Of a stretch of 64,000 bases of DNA, positions 38,801 through 47,800 are shown one piece after another. The stretch is taken from NCBI GenBank assembly GCA_964019335.1, contig OZ025710.1:1-64000 (forward strand), read 5' to 3'. Under the pieces are notes generated by a model that was given only the letters and a program-made list of their open reading frames with translations, was not told the DNA's origin and made no database searches. The translations under genes were made by a program, and so were the position numbers. The first letter of the stretch is position 1. The number at the start of each line of letters is the position of its first letter. Origin of the DNA: Diplonema japonicum (lineage: Eukaryota > Protista > Euglenozoa: Diplonemea).

Positions 38801-41800
38801 CACGGTGAAGTAGTCACATCCCTTGGCCATGCACTGCAGTTTCGTGGTGTTCCCGCACAGGGGGTAGTCCCATTTGCACGCCGGGTCAGCCAGACACACC
38901 GACTGGAACGCTGAGGAGCAAGGCTCCACAATACACACATCCTGCCCGTTCTGGTTTACCCAAGCACAACCATCCTTGTCAGCTTCACAATCGGCCTGGT
39001 TTTTGTTCGGGGTACACGGGGGCAGCACGCACACTCCGTTGTCCCACACACAGAGGTCAGGAGAGTTCACGCACTGTGTCTGGTCCGTGTAGGCACATTT
39101 CGTCTCCTTCCAGCAGTCGGTACCGTTCCACGTGCACAGGTTGGCAGTGTCTTTGATGCACGACTGGTCGTCGCAGTGCGCAATGCACGGGGAGTCGGTG
39201 CACTCGTTGCCGGCAGCGTGCCACTCACAACCAGGGTCGGCGTTGCAGAGATGGGAGTCAGCGTGGTTGGGGCACGGAGCGTGCACACCAGCCTGAGTTG
39301 AAGGGGAGCTTGTAACGATGAGGTGTCCAAATTTCCCGTTCGGGTCGCAGATGTCGCCCAGCACCTTCGTCGAGATCTCGTCCAGCATGAGGTTCTGGAA
39401 GTGGTCGTCGTGCGCATCCGAGGTGATCGGCTTCAGCGTCGCCTCCGCGTCCACGTCCGCCTTCGTGTGCGCCTGCTGCTTCCTGATCACGATACCGAAG
39501 GTCTGCACGTCCTCCTGGTCCAGCACCGCGCGCGCGGGGGCCAGGGAGTTCGGGTCGTAGATCTGTCCGTCCGTGAAGATGATGAGGATCCTCGGGCGGA
39601 CGGCGTGCTGGTGCGAGGCGTCGAACATGTCGCCCACCATCACGAGCCCCTTCTCAATCATGGTCCCGTCCCCCATGTAGTTCGCCTCGTGCCAGTCCAG
39701 GTCATCGTTGATCTCACCGAGGTCCCCGGACAGGTGTCCCCCTGTCCCAACTTTGTTCGCGCCATCAGGGGTCTGAATCGCCTCCGACCTCCCGGAGCTG
39801 AACCACCAGGGATTTTGACCAGAGAACTGAACAAACCCAAGTCTAAGACCACCAGAAGCAGGACCCGCCCCTGTGTTCGTGCTCGCCTTCTCCCCAGTGA
39901 GGGGAAGGGTCTTCGCCCAGTCCCTCAGGATCTCAATCAGACCGTAAAAGCCGTGCGGGTGGTTCCCGAACCAAGCGTCCATAGAGCCCGACCCGTCCAT
40001 CAGCATGATCACGTCCATCGTGGGGCACTCGCCGAACTTCGCGTCCGTGCACTTGTTGTGGACAGCATCCCAGTAGCAGTCGGGGTGCGCCCTGCACGGG
40101 CACTTGTCCAGCTTGCTGCAGTCCTCCTCCACACATGCAAGCTTCCCGGAGTCCCACATGCACTTGCTGTCAGCATCGCACTGATCCTTCGTAGCCTGAG
40201 TCGGGTAAGTCTTGGGACAGTACTTCTCCCCGCACACAGGGGGGGTAGTAGTGATGTCCCAGTGGCAACCGTCGTCATGGTCACAGCATTTCTCAGTTGG
40301 GTACTTCGCGCACTTCCCAAGCTCGCAGGTGAGACTGCTCGTCCACACACACCAGGTATCCTTCACGCACCCAGCCTGAGTTGCGTGATCCGGTTGGGAA
40401 CACCTCTTCGGCACGCACTTCTGGTCAGCAGCGTCGGGGCAAACATCGTCCCACTCGCAGTTGGTGTCGACAACGCATGATGTCTGGTTGTCGTAGTAGC
40501 AGGGCGTCTCCACGCACTTCGGGTCAGGCTGGATTGTCGTGTCCCAAGTGCACTGTTTCCCCAGGTTGTTGCATGCCCCCTGGTCGGTGGCTTGGCAAGG
40601 GCTGTCGATGCACCTAGGGTTCTTCGTGGCGTCCCACGTACAATCATTGTCGATGCACGCTTGCTGGTTGAGGTGGTCGTTGCACACAGTCTTCTCGCAC
40701 TGAAGGGTCCCGTTGTTGAACTTGCATTTGTTGGTGGTGTCGGCAACGCAGTCCGTCTCGCCGCAGTGCTTGAAGCAAGGGTGGTCTTCGCAGGCCACCG
40801 TGATGCTGTTCCACTGGCACGTTGTGCGTGCCGTGCAGTCGGGGATGCTCTGGACCGTGTTGCAGGCAGGCTCCGTGCTGGGCTTCGTAGTCGAGCCGCT
40901 GGTGATGAGAGCTCCGAACACGCTGTTGGGGTTGCAGAAGTCGTCGAGCACCTGGTGCGCGTCGTCGATCTGCATCATGAGAGCGTGGCTGTCTTTCGGG
41001 TCAGTCACGATCTCCTTCAGGGCGTTCAGATTCACCTGGTCCAGGAGGTTGGGGGTTCCCCTGGTCAACACAATGCCGAAGGTTTGCACCCCCTCCGCTG
41101 CGAGCACTGCTCCTGCGGGACCCAGAGAGCCCCTGTCCTGGATCTCCCCATCGGTGAAAATGAGAAGGATCTTCTTCCTGTAGGCAGGAGAAGTCTTGAA
41201 GGTCTCACCCGCAAACTCCTCCGCCTCCTTCACCAGGGTCTGCGGCCTACGGCTCTCGCCCTCGTGCCAGTCCAGGTCGGCGAGGAGCTGATCCTTGTCA
41301 CCTGTGAGCTTTCCGCAGTTGTCGGCGGGGCGGTTGTTCCCTTGCGTGTTCATGCTGCTAATGCTGGGGATACCGTCGCCTTTCACTACTACAGGGTTGC
41401 ACGCGCAGTTGGGGCACTCTGCCAACCTCACGCCCTGGTCCCACTCGCTGAAGCCAACCCTGACCCTACCATTTGTGTCGGTAGAGGTCACACCGGCTGC
41501 TTCCCCAGTCAGGGGAAGTGTCTGCACCCAATCCCTGAGGGCTTCCATGAGCCCCTCGAAGCCGTTGGGGTGGGTCCCAAACCTGTTGTTCATAGAAGTC
41601 GACCCGTCGAAGGCCACTACCACGTCCAGGTCGGGGCATTGCGTGAACTGCTGGTCCCTGCATACAGGGGCGGTGGGCACAGAACGGTCCACCACGCACC
41701 TCGAGTCCGCCTGACACTCGCACATCCTGTCTGGCCCCATCGCAACGTTGTTGTACGCGTCGCACGTCTTGTCGATACACTTCTTGTTTGTCGCGTCCCA

Positions 41801-44800
41801 CATGCATGTCCCCTTGGGATCGGCGTTGCAGCTCGCGGAGTCGGTGAAGGTCTTGAAGCAGTACTTTTCCTTGCAGCCCTCGCACCCTGTGGGGTCCCAT
41901 TCGCAGTCGGTGTCGTGCTGACAGGTCGCTTCAGAGGCGTGCTTGTAGCACTTCGACTCGGCACAAGATGAAGTTGCAGCAGTCCACTTGCAAGCGGTGT
42001 TCGAGATACACGCATTTTCGGTAGTCACACCAACACAGTGCTGCTTGTGGCAGATGCTGCTACCTGTGTCCCACTCACAGCCTTCGGCACTGTTTTCGCA
42101 GGGGTCCTTGGCCGCCTCATTGCACACCTTCTTGACGCAGGTGTTGCTGGCACATGCCCAGTCGCAAACACCGCTCACGTGGTTCAAGCAGTTCAGCTTG
42201 TCCGTGATCGTAGTGCAGTCAGGGTCCTTCTCCTTGCAGGCCAGCGTAGCAGGGTCCCACTGGCAGTCAGTGTCTGCGGCACAGGTTCCCGGCGTGAAGT
42301 GCAGGCACTTCTTGGGGACACATGTCGCCGGGGTCGCGGTGGTGTCCCACATGCACATGTCATCGGGGTCTGCTTCACAGGTGCTCTTGTCAGGGTAGCT
42401 GCACACTTTCCTCTGGCACTTGTCCGTGTCCCAGAAGCAATCGTTCGCGGTGTCTTGCTCACATGGCAGCTGCTCGCAATGCTCCTCGCACTTCGTTGCC
42501 CCACAGTAACCGCTTCCCACTTGGTTGCTGGATCCGGCAGTGCAAGAGATAGCACCCCCAGACAACTTGCAGTTCGTACAGGCCATCCCCGCAGAAACTT
42601 GCGCGGCAGGGAGCTCCAGACAGTTGAGGTTCGTGCACCCGTTACCAGGGCATGAGGTGGGGGCAGGGGTTTTCCAGTCGCACGCCTGGTCCGAACGGCA
42701 CTCGAGTTTCACACCCCACTTCGAACAGGGAACAGCAGCAGATTGAGCCGGAGGGGGCGTAGTGCCTCCGCTGTTCTGGTTCTGGGCCTGCTGCTTGATG
42801 GCGGACCCAAACCTCCCCGCAGGGTCGCAGAAATCGTTGAACACCTCCTCGAGCATGTCGTCCAGCGGCACGTTCACGAAATGGTCGTCGTGGTCATCCG
42901 AGGTAACAGGCTTCAGGGTGGCTTCGGCGTCGATGTCCGCCTTCGTGTGGGCAGCCGACTTTCTCACAACCACACCGAAGGTCACAACACCCTCGGCGTC
43001 AAGCTTTTTCCTGATATCGGGGATCAGGGTGCTCTTCTGGGGCTCCACGGGGTTCATCTGCCCATCCGTGATGATAACAAGGACGTGAGCACGGTGTGCG
43101 GGCGAGCCGTGGAAGATGTCCACTGCGTCGTCCAGGGCCGCTGCCATGTATGTCAACGATCCCATGTAGTTGGCCTCGTGCCAGTCAATGTCGTTCTCCA
43201 GCTCGTTCAGGTCACCGGTGAGCTGCCCGTTCGAGCAGGTTTTTCCCGCAGAAAGCCTGGGCATCGTGCAGCCCCAGTACTTCGTGTCACAGCCGTTTGC
43301 GCCGTTCTTGCACACCCAGTACTCGTTCTCGATGGAGAACTGCACGAAAGCAATACGGAAGGTACCGCCCTTCACGTTCGAGTTGATCCCAACTGTGTTG
43401 TCTTCCCCAGTGAGGGGAAGCGTCCTCACCCAGTCCCTCAGCATCTCGAGCATCCCATAGTAGCCGTGGGGGTGTGTTCCGAACCTTGCTCCCATGGAGC
43501 CAGAGCCGTCCAGCACGAATACCACGTCGAGGTCAGGGCAGCTGGACACCTTGTTGTCCTTGCACTTGGGTGCAGGGGGGGTAACAGCGGGGTCCCAGTA
43601 GCAGTTCGTGTCGGCAATGCAGTCGCAGTTCTTTGTGTGGTCGGAGCAAGTCGCGGGAGCACAGTACGGACCCTTTGAGTCGGTGCCGGTCTTGCAGGTA
43701 GGATCGCTTGTGCACGCGGCATCGTCGATGGTACCCATCTGCGTGGGCGCATCCCCGAGGCCGGGGTACTGAGTGTTGTGGTTCGTCGTGCAGGTTGTAG
43801 GCTGGCACGTCGGCGGCGTCGTCGCTGTGTTCCAGTGGCACCTGGGGTCGTGGTCGCACTTCACTTCGTCATCCAAGTACTGCGGGCAGTAGTCGGTCAC
43901 GCACTCATTGTTGTCCCAGTGGCAGACATTGCTGCTCCCACAGTCCGCCTGGTTCAAAGGCTTGCACTTGTCCTCAGAGCATGTCGAAGATGCTGCATCC
44001 CAAACGCAGTTGTCACAGTCCTTGCATTCTACTTGCGTCTTGGCGGGCGTGCACTTCTTCTCCTTGCACATGGTCCCCAGCCACTCACAGTCCGTGTCTA
44101 CCGAGCAGGACCCGGTGTCGGGGTACGAGCACTTTGTGTCCCTGCAGGTGGTGCTGTTGCAATCCCACTCGCAGTTCGCATCGTTCTTGCACACAGTGGG
44201 GTCGGTCTTGGTCGAACAGGTAGGGATCTGCTTGCAGATAGGGGGATCCAACGAGGTGTCCCATTGGCAGTTGTTCGTGCTGTTCAAACACTTCTCCTGC
44301 ACGAAGATCGAGCCACAGGGCTTCGGGTCGCACTTGCTGCCATCCCACTTGCACAGCAGATCAGGGTCGTTCTCACAGGCATTCTGGTCGGTGTGCTCGC
44401 ACACCTTCCTCTCACATGTTTCACCAGGGGTAATCCAGCCGCACAGAGCGTCTGCGTCACAGCACGCCTTGTTACAGCACTTCGCGCAATGGGTCTCCTC
44501 GCACGTCCCGGAGATCACTGACTGCACTGTCGCCCCGCAGATCACCGTCGCCCTCTGCAACTTGCACTTGCTGCAGTCGTACAGCCCCTTGTACTGCTGC
44601 GGGATCCCCTGGCAGTTCAACTCGGGACATCCAGTCGCCGAGGAGCAGCTTGTCAGCTTCGGGGTCTTCCATTCGCACAAACTGTCGGCGTTGCACTCGT
44701 CCTTGAACCCCCAGGTCGCACATTGGTAGTGCTTCGCCTCCACAGGGGGGATCAGAGTCTTCCCGAACTTCGAGTTCGGGTCGCAGAAGGGCTCCAGCAC

Positions 44801-47800
44801 CTGCCCCGGGATCTCGTCCAGCATGAGGTTCATGAAGTGGTCGTCCTTCGGGTCTGTCACAAGCGGCTTCAGCTTCGCCTCCGCGTTGTCGTCCTGGAAG
44901 GTGTGGTAGCTGAACCTCCTCATCACGATCCCGAACACGATCACGTCCTCGTCGCGGAGCTTCTGCTGCGCGTCGTCCAGCATTCCAGGATACGTGGGTT
45001 TCCAGTTGGCGTCGCAGCCATTGGGGCATTGACCGCAAGAGGTCCCGCTGCAGGCATCACCGTTGTAGTCGGTGAGCCCACCGTCGGCGATGATGATCAC
45101 AATGTGCATTCTGTGCGAGGGGGACTGACTTGGGAGGAAGGCGTGGTCCGCAACGTCCAGCAAGGCGTCGTGGAGGTACGTCCATTGCCCCTGGTAGTTT
45201 GCCTCGTGCCAGTCGATGTCCCCCATCAGCTCGTTGATGTCACCAGAGAAGAGACCGTCCGTGCACTGACCAACCGCGCAGTTAACAGGGTGGTCCTCCC
45301 GCGGGAGTGCTTCAGCCTTTGAGAATTGGATAAAGGTGAGACGGAAGCCGCCACCCTTCACGTTTGAGTTCCCTCCCACCGTGTGGTCCTCTCCCGTGAG
45401 GGGGAGCGTCTTCACCCAGTCCCTCAGAGTCTCCATCAGCCCGTAGAAGCCGTGCGGGTGGTTCCCGAAGGACCTCGACATGGAGCCAGACCCGTCCACA
45501 ACGAAAGCAACATCCATGTCAGGGCACGTCGAAAAAGAGGTCTTGGCACAGTGATCGTTTCCAGAGCCGGTGGTGTCCACCACCCACGAGCACTCGGGGT
45601 CAGCAATGCACCCGCACTTGTCTTTGGGGTTCGGCACGTTGTGCTTCTCGCAGGTAGCGGCCTTGCAGTAAGCCGGGCTCACAGTAGCGTCCCACATGCA
45701 CGTCGTGTCCGCCTCGCATGTCCCTTGCGTGGTTTTCACACCACACGGCGTCGGACTGCAGATCGGTGGGCTCTTCGAAGCATCCCAGTGGCACACGTTG
45801 TCCTGGTCGCATGTGAGCTCGTCGGGGTGCTTGGGGCAAGGGGCCTCGACACAGGTCGTCTTCTGGTCGTCCCACTTGCAGTACGGGTCGTTCTCGCAGA
45901 GCTGCACAGTCGTGTGTTTGCACTTTTCCTCCGTGCAGTACTCGACGAGAGTTGACGGGGGACCGGCAGGGGGTGGAGTCTGCAGGGGGACCCATTGGCA
46001 CCCAGACTCAGCCACGCATTTCCCCTCGGATGTCTTCAAGCACTTCTTCGGGTTGCAGGTAGGCGTCTTTGTGGAGTCGAAGTCGCACACGTTCAGGAAA
46101 CAGTAGTCGGGGTTTCCAGCTGGGGGGGTGCATGGGGAAGGCATTTCCACCGCGACGGCAGCACACGACTGCTGGTCGGTGTGGGTCCTGCAAGGGTTTT
46201 CCACGCAGGTGTTGGCAGTGCTCCACATCACGTTCCACAGGCACTTCTCGTCCTGCTGGCATGACGCCGCATCTGTGTGACCGGCACAGCCGGGGGGCTC
46301 CCTGCGGCAGTCCGTTCCCGTCCAGGCACACCCAGCCTTCGCAACGCACGTCTGCTCCGTGCAGAGGGGGTAGCACCCTGAAAGTTGGCACAATGGGGTC
46401 TTCGACGAGTCCCAGTTGCAGGTGGTGTCGGCCATACACGTAGATTCGGTGGCCAGGTCTCCGCAAACAGGTGTCTTCGTGACTGTGGGGTTGTGGCAGC
46501 TGCTCTTTGAAGAATCCCACTGGCACTGGGGAGACGACTGGATGCATTTGCACTTGTCGGTCACATCAGCGCATACAAGAGTTTGGCACGTGCCGCTGGC
46601 CTGGCTCCAATTACACGGGCCGTCGGCTGTGTTGTCGGCATTGCAGTCAGCATCCGTGGTATGAGTCACCGCGCAGTAGTTGTCCACGCACTCGGGCGGG
46701 CTCTTCGTCTTGTCCCAGTCGCACATCACATCACCCTCGCAAGTTGTCTCGCTGCCATAGCGGTGGCACCCGGCCTCCACGCACGAAGGGTTTTTCGTGG
46801 TGTCCCATTTGCACGAGCCGCCGGGGAGGCGAGCTTCGCAAGACCCCTGGTTCGTGTAGGACGCGCACCCAGCGACCACAATCTGCGACCCGTACACGTC
46901 GTCCTTGCTCATGCAGAGGTCCCCTACACCACCCCACTCGCACACGTAGCCCTCGATACTGGTGTGCCCGTTGGGATAGTCATTCCATTTCCCGCTCCCG
47001 TAGTAGTGTCCATAGTCCTCGCCAGTGGTGGCGCAGGTACCGGGGCAGTCCTGCGACCACTCATTCGGTTCACCAGACTCCCAGTTGGAGTAAGCGCCGG
47101 CGGTGGTCACGAATCCCGACCCCTTCCCGGACCCGATGAGTGCCCCTTGCCCGCAGTCAGGCCCAGAGCATGGGTTTTTCGTCTCAGGGAGAGGGTACCC
47201 GACGTCGCAGGCAGTCCTGGCGGCCCCCGTGAGCTGAAGGTTGTAAGGGGGGCACCCCTCGGGACCAGTCAGCCAGCGCCACTCCCCTTCCTTCGCGATG
47301 TCGGCACTTCCGATCCAACCCTCGCCGTGCAGCTTAGCAGAGGCAACGTCCTGCTCGTCCTGCGAGGTGATGGTGATGAGGTAGCCTGCAAGGCCGAGGA
47401 TGTCCTTTGACTTGTCTGCGCACTCGGACTGGGCGTCGTCCCAGTGGCAGTTCCCCACCGTGTTGCAGTTCACGTTGTTCTTCGGGTAGTACTCGTAGAA
47501 GTTCCCCGTGTGCGTGGAGTACATGGCGTGACCGAAGTTGTAGGTCAGGCGGCGGGAGGTTCCAGCTCCCGACGTCGACGTAAAGGTCACGCTCGCGATC
47601 GCCTGCGCGTACTGGTCGATGGTGGCGTCGCCAGACATCTGCAGGATGCCAGTCGTGGTGTCGAACTTGGGGGTGATCCCCAGCCCGGCACATGCCCCGC
47701 AAGTGAGCGAGTCCGTTGCAGCGTCGAAGCCGTCTTCGATGTCCACCACAGAGCCGCTGATCTGCGTGTTGCAGCTGCATCCCGCACCCGGTGTGAAGCT